This document shows, piece by piece, positions 36,209 to 45,643 of a stretch of 64,000 nt of DNA; positions within the stretch are counted from its first letter, which is position 1; each line of letters starts with the position of its first letter. Below the pieces are notes generated by a model. It worked only from the letters and a program-made list of their open reading frames with translations. It made no database searches and was not told the origin of the DNA. The position numbers were made by a program, and so were the translations under genes. The stretch is taken from positions 2,720,001 through 2,784,000 of the forward strand of contig OY760074.1 in the NCBI GenBank assembly GCA_963663035.1. Direction: 5' to 3'. This DNA is from Acidobacteriota bacterium. Lineage in GTDB: Bacteria > Acidobacteriota > UBA6911 > RPQK01 > JADFOI01.

Positions 36209-38500
36209 ATGGAATTGCGGAAGAACTGGCGGAAACTGACCACGGCCTTGAGCCGGTTTTGGCACCGGGAGGCCGGGCCGATGAACTGGAAAAACCCCGT
36301 CCGCGTGACGGCCTATATCGGCTGGGAAGTTTTCAACGGCGTGGCTTTTTTGGTGGGTGAATGGGTCCGGTACGGCGTCCGGGCCGGGCAGATTTTCCTG
36401 GCAATTCCCCCCACCGCGATTCTCTTTTTAGGGGGGGGTTGGTTCGCCGTTTGGAGCTTTGTACGGCGTCCTTTTCCGGCGCTTGAGACGGTCCCATTGC
36501 TCGATCTTTTGGAGTATCACAACCCGAATTTTTACAGCGCCGTGGTCCTCTGGTACTACCTTTCGCCGCTGGTGGCGGTGATGCTGGCCGGGTCTATTGC
36601 CCTGTCCGTTTGGAAGATTTGGATCGAGGCGCGCAAGCGGGATCTTTTGCCCTTCGGGGCGCTTCCCGCTTGGCCGCTTTCGCCGGAGCAGTCCGGCCCG
36701 GAAATCGTCATCGGGGAAGTGCATCATCCGGTCGAACCCAAGGAGATTTTCAACCCCGAATGGCTCACCATCCCGGAGCGCGGACTGTACACCGGCGTCG
36801 CTATTTTCGGAGCGGTGGGGAGCGGTAAAACTTCGGCTTGTATGCACCCCTTCGCCAAACAGCTACTCTCCTGGCAAGCGGACGATCCAGAGAAGCGGGC
36901 GGCGGCGCTCATGCTCGAAGTGAAGGGGGATTTTTGCCATGACATTCGCTCGATCCTGGATGGCGCGGGCCGGGGAGACGACTACCTAGAGATCGGAATG
37001 GGGGGCCTCTGGAAATGGAATCCCCTCTCCGCTTGGTGGCTCGATTCGTACTCGCTGGCCTACACCGTTGCCAGCCTTCTCAATCAACTTTTCGGCAAGG
37101 GCAAGGAGCCTTTTTGGCAGCAAGCCTATACCAATCTGGTGCGCTGGATTATCGAGCTTCACCGGGTGCTACCGGAGCAGTGGGTGACATTGCAGCAGGT
37201 CTATCGATGCGCGATTGACCCGGATCTTTTCGCGGCCAAAATCAAACAGGCCGAGAAGTGGAGCGCGGAGCTTAACACCGGACAGGTTTTCGTGAAAACC
37301 AAAACTTGGAGGCCAAAGATCGTAGACCTTGGAGAGTGGACGTGGACGCCCATACCAGAGACAGAAGAATCGCGGGCCAAATGGAGCCCGGAATTGGAGC
37401 ATAAGCTAAAGGAATTAGGGATCAAGCCTCGTATCGTTTGGGAGCCCGGAGCCGGTGACGATGTGAGAGAGCGGGTGGCCGCTGTGAAGCGGTGGTTTGA
37501 TAATGACTGGCGAAAGCTGGACAACAAAATCAAATCCTCGATTGTCGAAGGCGTTTCCGTATTCCTGTCGATGTTCGATATGCCGGACGTGGCGGCGGTG
37601 TTCTGTCCCCCGCCCCCGGAAGTGTCCGACGATCCCCGGCGCATTGGCCCGAAGGCCAGGGCCGCGATGCTGGCAGAGGCCAAGGGCCAGGGGGAGGCCA
37701 GCGCCGAGAAGAAGGCCCAGGAGTCCCGGCAATGGCCCGGAGATACCATTGCCGGAAGGCCGCGTCACCTGCCCCCGCTCTATGAATTGATCGAGGACGG
37801 CAAGGTGCTGGCCTTGAATATGCCAGCCGGGAGCAACCCGGCGCTGGCCCGCGCCATCGGCGTGATGCTAAAAAACGCATGGCTCCAAGCCTTGCTCATG
37901 CGGCCCGCGCAGATGAAGGAATCCCCAAGTACTTACTTCCGTCCCGCTGTCTTTATTTGCGACGAGTACCAAGCGTTCGCGTCGGTGGGCGAGGACGATC
38001 CCACCGGCGATGAGAAATCCTTTGCTTTAACGCGGCAATGCCGGTGCATCCCGATTGTTGCGACCCAATCCATATCCTCATTGCGGGCTGTGCTGGGCAG
38101 TTCGGAGGCGTGGCGGGCGCTTTTGCAGACACTCCGCACCCGGATCTTTCTATCCTTGAGCGACGACGCTAGCGCCAAGATCGCATCGGAATTGTGCGGG
38201 CAGGTTGCCAAGATCAAAGGATCGTACACGATCAGCGAGACCTCGAAGCGGGCGGGCGTGTCCCCGCTATCGGGCCGGGCCGGTGGAGGCGGCGGGAGCA
38301 TCGGCGCAACCAAGTCTTTCCAGGAGCGCCGGGAGGCCGTCTTTCACCCGCGAGATTTCACCTTGCTTGCGAACTGTCAGGCGATTTGCTTGCCCTATGA
38401 CGGAGCGCAATCGCTGGAACCCCGGAGGGTCTATCTCAAACCTCACTATCTTCCCTTGGATCATTCTTATTGGAGAGCGAAGGAGGCCGGACAGATATGA
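36209..38500 (+). CDS. virD4: VirD4-like type IV coupling protein, intact copy
   Basis: N-terminal TMs, Walker A GAVGSGKT, LEVKGD, EPFW, Walker B FICDEYQ, VATQS. Confidence 0.9.
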   Translation: MELRKNWRKLTTALSRFWHREAGPMNWKNPVRVTAYIGWEVFNGVAFLVGEWVRYGVRAGQIFLAIPPTAILFLGGGWFAVWSFVRRPFPALETVPLLDLLEYHNPNFYSAVVLWYYLSPLVAVMLAGSIALSVWKIWIEARKRDLLPFGALPAWPLSPEQSGPEIVIGEVHHPVEPKEIFNPEWLTIPERGLYTGVAIFGAVGSGKTSACMHPFAKQLLSWQADDPEKRAAALMLEVKGDFCHDIRSILDGAGRGDDYLEIGMGGLWKWNPLSAWWLDSYSLAYTVASLLNQLFGKGKEPFWQQAYTNLVRWIIELHRVLPEQWVTLQQVYRCAIDPDLFAAKIKQAEKWSAELNTGQVFVKTKTWRPKIVDLGEWTWTPIPETEESRAKWSPELEHKLKELGIKPRIVWEPGAGDDVRERVAAVKRWFDNDWRKLDNKIKSSIVEGVSVFLSMFDMPDVAAVFCPPPPEVSDDPRRIGPKARAAMLAEAKGQGEASAEKKAQESRQWPGDTIAGRPRHLPPLYELIEDGKVLALNMPAGSNPALARAIGVMLKNAWLQALLMRPAQMKESPSTYFRPAVFICDEYQAFASVGEDDPTGDEKSFALTRQCRCIPIVATQSISSLRAVLGSSEAWRALLQTLRTRIFLSLSDDASAKIASELCGQVAKIKGSYTISETSKRAGVSPLSGRAGGGGGSIGATKSFQERREAVFHPRDFTLLANCQAICLPYDGAQSLEPRRVYLKPHYLPLDHSYWRAKEAGQI

Positions 38501-39447
38501 GCAACGCGGCCAGCGGGCTTGCACACCTGAAACCTTTTTTGCCAGGGCTTGAACCCCTGCTAGAAGATGCGGAAGTGTCCGAGATCATGATTAACGGCCC
38601 CGGCAATGTTTGGATCGAGGCGCGAGGCCGGTTAACGGCTCATGCCGCGCCGGGGTTGGACGAATCGGCCTTGTTACGGGCGGCTATTCACATCGCCCGT
38701 CCTTTGGGCCTGGACCCGGCCACCACGCCCATCATCGACGCCCGGCTCGATGATGGTTCCCGCGTGGCGATCTGTGTTCCCCCGGCCAGTCCCCACGTTG
38801 CGATCACCATCCGGCGATTCGGCAAGCGGACGTTTAGCGCGGTGGATCTAGTCGAGCAGAAAGCCCTACCGGAAAACGTCTTGAAAGCGGCAGAGCAGGT
38901 GTTGATGACGCGGCGCAACATTCTGGTTTCCGGTGGGACCGGATCAGGCAAGACCACCTTGCTCAATGCCCTCATAGAACTGCTACCCGTTGACGAGCGC
39001 ATTGTGGCACTCGAGGACACGCTAGAGCTTCGCATTGACCACTCGAATTGTGTCCGGTTTGAGGCGCGAGGGTTGCAGGAAGGCGCGGTCACGATCCGCG
39101 ATCTCGTGCGCCATGCCTTGAGGCATCGACCGGATCATATCGTGGTGGGAGAGGTTCGAGGCGGTGAGGCGGCGGACCTGCTGCAAGCCCTCAACACTGG
39201 ACACGGCGGGTCACTCACGACCGTACACGCCAACAATGCGGAGAACGCCTTATCCCGGATCGCCAGTTGCGCCATGCAGGGCGGCGGGGATCTTCCTTGG
39301 GAGGTCACTTGCCGAGGCGTGGTGGATGGGATTGCGATGGTCATTCACATGACGCGGCGCGAGGGGCGGCGCTTTGTCGAGGAAGCCGTGTACGTCAAAG
39401 GTTACGACGCGAAGGAGAACCAATGGAAAATCGAACGGCTGGAATGA
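38497..39447 (+). CDS. virB11: VirB11/TrbB traffic ATPase, intact copy
   Basis: GGTGSGKTT, EDTLEL, RPDHIVVGEVRG, NTGHGG, TVHAN. Confidence 0.9.
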   Translation: MSNAASGLAHLKPFLPGLEPLLEDAEVSEIMINGPGNVWIEARGRLTAHAAPGLDESALLRAAIHIARPLGLDPATTPIIDARLDDGSRVAICVPPASPHVAITIRRFGKRTFSAVDLVEQKALPENVLKAAEQVLMTRRNILVSGGTGSGKTTLLNALIELLPVDERIVALEDTLELRIDHSNCVRFEARGLQEGAVTIRDLVRHALRHRPDHIVVGEVRGGEAADLLQALNTGHGGSLTTVHANNAENALSRIASCAMQGGGDLPWEVTCRGVVDGIAMVIHMTRREGRRFVEEAVYVKGYDAKENQWKIERLE

Positions 39448-39948
39448 ATATCGCTCACAAACTGAAATCCAAACGATCCGCCAAGATCGGGGTTTTGATC
39501 CTGATGGGCGGGATGCTGGCCCTTATCACTCAGGCTCAATTTGAGCCGATTGATGCAACGGTGGTTCGCGTCATTGACGGAGATACCATCCGGGTCCCGG
39601 GTGCAAGGCAAGGAGTACATCGTCCGTCTCATCGGCGTGGACACCCCGGAGACGGTACACCCGACCAAGACCGTGCAGCACTTTGGAGCGGAGGCCAGCG
39701 CCTACACCAAGGCCGCGCTCGAAGCCAAGACGGTGACGCTCGAAGCCGACCCCACCGGCGACACCAGAGACCGCTACGGGCGCTGGCTTCGCTACGTCCT
39801 CCTGGACGGAGACAACTTCAACGCCCGGTTTATCCGCGAGGGATACGGTCACGCCATCAGGAGATTCCGATATTCCTTGAAGGCTCAATTTATCCGGCTT
39901 GAGGACTCGGCCCGTAAAGCGGGCCGGGGGTTATGGTCCCCGCGCTGA
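39444..39948 (+). pseudogene. Thermonuclease, copy 2, frameshift near 39597
   Basis: VVRVIDGDTI then extra C (gtcccgg); VRLIGVDTPE...DRYGR in the next frame. Confidence 0.85.
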
Positions 39949-40187
39949 GGCCGGGTCTCGATCAACACGCCCTCGACGGCGGGGGATCGACTGCGGAGCC
40001 AGATCCGACCGCAAGCGTCAGGCTGCGGGCCTTCTCTCTACGATCCACGGACCGCCGACAAGACGGCGGAGCCGTGGGCGGGGCTTGGATTCCCCCATCG
40101 TGCCGTGCGGCCACCGGAGCATGGGTGGTGTGTCGCCATGTGCCGCTGCCCGTCGCCGGTCCCAGTTTGTCCCGGCGCATGGATCGC

Positions 40188-40229
40188 GCCAGACCGGGGC
40201 AAGCCCCTTGCCTTTGGCATCTGTCACGC
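40188..40229 (+). repeat. Conserved leader motif, copy 4
   Basis: One mismatch to 20672..20713. Confidence 0.9.
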
Positions 40230-40360
40230 CCCCTGCCTGTTGCCGGTCCTGCCCGTCCCCGGCGGCGGCGGCGCTTTCCTCCGTGTCAAGGTGTCGCCGG
40301 TATCGCCATTCACAGGTGAGCGATAACCGCTCGAACCTTAACTTTAGGAGGAAACACAAA

Positions 40361-40609
40361 ATGGCTAACCAGAAACCCGTTGATGAAATCCGAATCGGGC
40401 GCGTCAAAGCGACAGTTTGGCGCAACGGAACCGAAGACCAGCCCAGGTACAACGTCACCTTCTCGCGGCTCTACAAAGACGGCGATCAATGGAAGAGTAC
40501 GCACAGCTTCGGGCGCAACGACTTGTTGGTGCTTGCGAAAGTGGCCGATCAGGCCCACACGCGCATCTTCGAGCTTTCCCAGGAAAAAGAACAGGAGGCC
40601 GATTCCTAG
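40361..40609 (+). CDS. PC4-like small ssDNA-binding protein, copy 2
   Basis: MANQKPVDEIRIGRVKATVWRN...FSRLYKDGDQWKST. Confidence 0.7.
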   Translation: MANQKPVDEIRIGRVKATVWRNGTEDQPRYNVTFSRLYKDGDQWKSTHSFGRNDLLVLAKVADQAHTRIFELSQEKEQEADS

Positions 40610-40692
40610 CGGGCAAGTTGCGGGCGGCGGAGCCGGTCCCCGCCGCTCTCCGATCCTTCGGCAAGAAGAATATGAATTATGAGCTACCAACT

Positions 40693-41058
40693 TTACGGCG
40701 CGGTGGGCCTCCGGACTCGCGTTTGTAGTTCATCTGCGACGACGAGACATCCCCGAAACGCATCAAGTGGCCCTTCGCTCAAGACGCGTTCCAGAACCTG
40801 AAGGACGGCCGACCGGCTCCGATTGCGTGCGCGCAGGAGCAAGATCCCGGGATGAGACCCGGGCTTGTACCGTCGAACATCGGCAAAGCCCAAGTCCATG
40901 GTGATGAAGAACCGTCCTTCGCTAGAAACACGCTCCCAGACAACCGGATCAGCCTCTCCGGAAAGCCCCTGATCGTGCACTCGGTCTGCTTGATGACCTG
41001 CCTCTAACAGTAGCGCAACGTGGGAACGGCCGAGATTCTCGTCAAGTTTCACGAGCAT
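40693..41058 (-). CDS. DUF5615 PIN-like toxin
   Basis: MLVKLDENL, GHQA, GEADPVVW, FITMDLGF, HPGILLLR. Confidence 0.85.
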   Translation of the reverse strand: MLVKLDENLGRSHVALLLEAGHQADRVHDQGLSGEADPVVWERVSSEGRFFITMDLGFADVRRYKPGSHPGILLLRARNRSRSAVLQVLERVLSEGPLDAFRGCLVVADELQTRVRRPTAP

Positions 41059-41062
41059 GGAA

Positions 41063-41428
<366 letters not shown>

Positions 41429-41535
41429 TTATCGAGGAGGTGCCGATGATCTTCATAAGCTTAGTCAGCCCTGCCTCTACAGCCATGTAGCATCCTACTC
41501 AAAAGACACACACCTCACCCACCGAACCCCAATCG

Positions 41536-41564
41536 TTGACCCCTTTCTTCGTGCATGCTATCAT
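41536..41564 (+). promoter_or_regulatory. Sigma70-like promoter of parA
   Basis: TTGACC-N17-TATCAT with TG extension. Confidence 0.65.
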
Positions 41565-41590
41565 GCATCTATGCGTGCATGCGAACATGC
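41554..41590. repeat. Centromere-like (c/t)atgc repeats with 8-bp period
   Basis: Units at 41554, 41562, 41570, 41578, 41586 overlapping the -10 box. Confidence 0.75.
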
Positions 41591-41641
41591 TAGGCTACCC
41601 AAAGCCCGAACTGGCTCTGCCCAAACCTCATCCTTTCATCC

Positions 41642-42298
41642 ATGGCAATCAAAGTAGCCGTCGTCTCACAAAAAGGCGGTGTTGGGAAAAGTAGCATCGC
41701 CCGCCTGATCGCCCGCGAGTTCGCTGACAACGGATGGCTCGTCAACATCGCTGATATGGATGTGCAGCAGGCCACCAGCTACCACTGGTTCAAGCGCCGA
41801 GCTGCAAACCAAGTCATGCCGGAAATTCACACCGAAACCTTCACGAGTGTCAGCACCGCTTTGACCGCTGCGGATAAGTTCGACCTGTTTATTTTTGACG
41901 GTGCCCCCCATGCCAGTAGGGCTACCCGCGACATGGCCCGCGCATCCGATTTCGTGATACTCCCCACGGGCCTTGCCGTTGACGATCTTCACCCGCAAGT
42001 GGGCCTTGCCCACGAACTGAGTCACCAGCACGGCGTAGATCCGGAACGGCTCGCCTTTGTCCTTTGGCGTGTTGGCGACAGCAAGATCGAGATACAGCAC
42101 GCAAAGGAATACATCAAAGCGGCAGGATACCAAATGATAGCGGGTGAGGTACCGGAGCGCATCGCCTACCGGCGTGCAAGCGATGCAGGCCGCACCGCCA
42201 CCGAAACCAACTACCAGACCCTCAACCGCCGTGCCGACACCACCGCACAGAGCATCATCGACGCCATAACCAAGATCACTAACAGAAAGGCCTCCTAA
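41642..42298 (+). CDS. parA: ParA-family partition ATPase (short, type Ib-like)
   Basis: SQKGGVGKSS, ADMDVQQ, FDGAP, SDFVILP. Confidence 0.92.
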   Translation: MAIKVAVVSQKGGVGKSSIARLIAREFADNGWLVNIADMDVQQATSYHWFKRRAANQVMPEIHTETFTSVSTALTAADKFDLFIFDGAPHASRATRDMARASDFVILPTGLAVDDLHPQVGLAHELSHQHGVDPERLAFVLWRVGDSKIEIQHAKEYIKAAGYQMIAGEVPERIAYRRASDAGRTATETNYQTLNRRADTTAQSIIDAITKITNRKAS

Positions 42299-42531
42299 TG
42301 ACCAAAATCAACGCCGCACTCCAAAAGCCAAATCCCAAAGGAGCTCCTCCCATACCTGCCGCGACGCCTGACAATCTTCTGCGCCCCGTGACAGGGGAGA
42401 ATGTGCCTTTTCAGGTGCGAATACCTCCCGCAGCCAAGTGCGAGTTTAAGGCCTACGCCGCAGCCCGGAATCTCCATTCCAGCCACTTATTTCTAAAAGT
42501 CTGGGAGTACTACAAGGAACACCACTCCTGA
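42298..42531 (+). CDS. Small ParA partner (ParG-like, probable ribbon-helix-helix)
   Basis: 77 aa, flexible N-terminus then VPFQVRIP...EFKAYAA...LFLKVWEYY; overlaps the parA stop. Confidence 0.7.
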   Translation: MTKINAALQKPNPKGAPPIPAATPDNLLRPVTGENVPFQVRIPPAAKCEFKAYAAARNLHSSHLFLKVWEYYKEHHS

Positions 42532-42536
42532 TGGAG

Positions 42537-42565
42537 CATGATTGCATGCACACATGCAGTCATGC
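42537..42565. repeat. Second block of 8-bp-period catg repeats
   Basis: Units at 42537, 42545, 42553, 42561. Confidence 0.7.
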
Positions 42566-42707
42566 TAAGGCCGGCGGGCAACTCCACGTTGCGGTGGCGG
42601 GCACGAAAATGAATGATGAAATCCGCCAGTTCATCTCCCGTCGCAGTACGGAACTTGAAGCTTCAGAAGAATAGAAAGTGGTCGCGGTATGCATCCTCGA
42701 TAATACA

Positions 42708-43811
42708 GACCTTGTTGCATGGATCATCCCGAAGGATGTCTAATCATGGTGTTTTTCAACACTGGGGATAACTTAGATGCCACATAAGTTCAACGCATCC
42801 CGACGGCACAAGTTCGATAAGGCGCAGTATCGGGTGATCGACTGGGCGGAATATAACGAGAGCCTCCGCCAGCGGGGTGATCTGACGATCTGGGTCAGTG
42901 AGGAGGCGCAAAGTGTGTGGAGCGCGCCGCGCCGCACGTCACGGGGTGGCCAGTGGAGATACTCGGATTTGGCGATCGAGACCTGCCTGACGCTGCGCAC
43001 GACGTATCGGCTTGCGTTGCGGCAAACGCAGGGACTTATGGGCTCCATCGGCACGCTCATGGGGCTGGATATACGGGTGCCGGATTACTCCACACTGTCG
43101 CGTCGCGCAAACGGCTTGAGCATCGCTCAGGCGATGAGGCAAGCCGGGTCTGTGGCTGTCCATCTGGTGGTGGACAGTACCGGCCTCAAGATCTTCGGCG
43201 AGGGGGAATGGCTCGCCCAGAAGCATAAAATCAAGGGAATACGCCGCCGCTGGCGCAAACTCCACCTCGGACTGGACCTGGCCAGCGGTGCGATTGTTTA
43301 CGCCGATCTGACTCACGATGAGGTTGGAGACAGCACCGCCTTACCCGGGCTCCTGGATCAACTCGATGCTCCTGTCGCGGGCTTTCTGGCTGACGGCGCC
43401 TATGATGGAGCGTCTATACGGGATATGCTGAGGCAGCGGTATGGGGAGACCCTGGATGTGGTTATACCGCCGCCGAAGAACGCAGTGATCCGACCGCAAT
43501 CGGCGCGGGATCCAACCGTTCGGGATCGCCATATTGCCCAGATCCGCAGCAACGGCCGCATGGCCTGGCAAGTGGCCACAGGGTACAACCAACGCAGCCG
43601 GATAGAAACGCAGATCGGTCGTTGGAAGAGCGTGATCGGCCCCAAGCTCAAATCTCGCAGCTTCTCCAGGCAAATCGCGGAGATCCAGGTCGGCCAGAAA
43701 GTTCTGAACACAATGACCGCACTCGGACGGCCTGTGTTCCAACGCATCGCCTGACGCTACCGCTTGGGAACGGGCGAATTCCATCTCCGCCCCGATCCAT
43801 GCAACAACGCT
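42708..43811 (+). mobile_element. IS5-family (IS903-like) insertion sequence
   Basis: Inverted repeats ttgttgcatggatc / gatccatgcaacaa; no target duplication seen. Confidence 0.9.
42777..43754 (+). CDS. IS5-family transposase
   Basis: WAEYNESLRQRG, PDYSTLSRR, VDSTGLK, WRKLH, ADGAYD, GYNQRSRIE. Confidence 0.95.
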   Translation: MPHKFNASRRHKFDKAQYRVIDWAEYNESLRQRGDLTIWVSEEAQSVWSAPRRTSRGGQWRYSDLAIETCLTLRTTYRLALRQTQGLMGSIGTLMGLDIRVPDYSTLSRRANGLSIAQAMRQAGSVAVHLVVDSTGLKIFGEGEWLAQKHKIKGIRRRWRKLHLGLDLASGAIVYADLTHDEVGDSTALPGLLDQLDAPVAGFLADGAYDGASIRDMLRQRYGETLDVVIPPPKNAVIRPQSARDPTVRDRHIAQIRSNGRMAWQVATGYNQRSRIETQIGRWKSVIGPKLKSRSFSRQIAEIQVGQKVLNTMTALGRPVFQRIA

Positions 43812-44102
43812 GTCGCCAGGGAGGTTATGCGCAGACGGCGTACTGCTATGCGTTCTTGTTGGACCTAGCGGGGTTGAGTGAGTAGCCTCTAGGCTGCGTT
43901 GATCTTCTTCAATTCGCGTAGGCAGTCCTTACGAAAGGCGTTTGCAACACAGAAGCCCTTAAACCCGTCGGTGCCGGACCCGGGGAGCAATCATTCCTTT
44001 GCGCAACCCATCCGCTAACAGATGTACTATGAGAATCAGGCGGCTCTCGTCATGGTGGCAAGAGGCAACTTGGACTGTCCCCGGAACATCCAAGTCGGTT
44101 CA

Positions 44103-44852
44103 ATGAACGACCCTCACGTAGTCGCATTAATTTACAAAATCGAGCATGGTCCGTCGGTTGATTACCGTAAGGCGGAGTCAATAGATCACGAAGAGGCAGG
44201 TTTTCGTGTCAAGATTGAGAATGATCAAGTGCGCTTTGAATTCAAGGAACACTACGCGACGGAAGACGCTGCACGGAAAGCCATTGAAGACTACATCCGC
44301 GTTTGGGAGTTCAGCGCTTGCCTCGAAAATGGGCCGAGCTATTTCAAGCTAATATTTGACCATGCGCAGATTGAGGACCGAAACCCAACGCCGGGTGTGT
44401 TGATGTTCCACGCGCCCCCGGCTAGGTTCGAAGTGAAGGTAGAGAAAGCAACTGGTGTTGTTTCGCCAGCGTACTATCCGCCGCCGCTATCGGGGGTTAA
44501 GATCACCCCTGATGTGCAGCTCATGTATGACCGCTACATGGATCATCTGCAGGGCAGAGAAAAGCTGCTGGATGTGGCCTATTTTTGTTGGACAATGGTT
44601 AAAGACAACCCAGTAACTACAACGGATTTCTCAAGAGGGGTCTGCAATACGATCAGCAGACTTTCTGGCGGCGGCGGCGGCCCCGAGCATGCGAGAAAGA
44701 AGGCCGGAATAGACAAAGACCCTCTGACAGATCAAGAGCTCCGCTTTTTCGTCGAGGCGATCAAGGCGATTATCCGCCGAGCGGCGGAGAGGGCTCACGA
44801 CCCTGATCACAATCTCCCCCAAATATCGATGTCGGATCTTCCGCCGGTTTGA
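44103..44852 (+). CDS. Hypothetical protein
   Basis: Long clean ORF (track 44022..44852), probable start MNDPHV; beta-rich N-terminus, helical C-terminus. Confidence 0.7.
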   Translation: MNDPHVVALIYKIEHGPSVDYRKAESIDHEEAGFRVKIENDQVRFEFKEHYATEDAARKAIEDYIRVWEFSACLENGPSYFKLIFDHAQIEDRNPTPGVLMFHAPPARFEVKVEKATGVVSPAYYPPPLSGVKITPDVQLMYDRYMDHLQGREKLLDVAYFCWTMVKDNPVTTTDFSRGVCNTISRLSGGGGGPEHARKKAGIDKDPLTDQELRFFVEAIKAIIRRAAERAHDPDHNLPQISMSDLPPV

Positions 44853-45038
44853 AGCGCACCACACTTTTTCACTTCCTGGTTATCAAGCTAACACTACGCT
44901 AGGCACTCTTGTCCCGGGATGTAGCGCCGGAGAATGTCCAGGTTGCCGCCGTAGTAAGGGTCACCTCACGAAACGGGGAAACCTCGAACGCCAAGAGCCA
45001 TCCGAATGGCGCTCGTGGCTCACCACGGCCCTTTCCCG

Positions 45039-45068
45039 CTGTCCAGTTGAAGTATGCCAACTGGACAG
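45039..45068. promoter_or_regulatory. Inverted-repeat site A
   Basis: ctgtccagttg-aagtatgc-caactggacag; related site at 51933. Confidence 0.6.
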
Positions 45069-45643
45069 AGGTGACCCCTTCATAGCCGAGGCAGTGGGCG
45101 GATTTCTCGCACTGATGGTGTAGTCCGCGCCGTTGGCGGATGAATAGTAAAATAGATCCATGGGGAAGAAGATGACAGAGACGACAACGATCCGGGGGGC
45201 GCTGATCATGGCCTATCCATCCGCGCTCGGCCCGGCAGACGAGCCCCTAACGATTGAGTGGCCGGAGGGCCACGCCTACGCCGTGGTAGCGACGGCATTC
45301 CACGGTGGGGCAGTGCTCGGCACGGCGGCCACCGAGGACGAGGCATGGGCGATCTACGATCAGTTGGCCAAAACTGATTGCAGGTGCGGGTGCCGGGGCA
45401 TCGTCACCCGCGACGGGCTTCGCCTCAGGCGCGGTGGGAGTCCGCAAAAGATAATAGACGACTGACCGAGGAAGGCATGCGTGGAGAAATGTTTGTCTTG
45501 GTGGCCGCACAGGAGATTGCAACTAGTCCTTCACCCGCGATGCCGGATCCGCGTACTTGGGAAACAAGATAGCGTGCCAAGCTGATGCTGGCACAGAGAT
45601 CGGTTTCTCTATAGTGCCAATAGCCCGTTAGAGAATAGAGTCC

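Larger units (their letters stand above)
35757..40580 (+). repeat. Copy 2 of the ~4.8 kb imperfect direct repeat
   Basis: Begins in the last ~30 codons of the 15384..16320 homologue, ends in the PC4-like gene; ends approximate. Confidence 0.9.

Noticed and set aside
43812-43835. Second dif-like site (tctgcgcataa arm on the minus strand)
   Set aside because: Only a XerC-like arm; no XerD-like arm at the right spacing.
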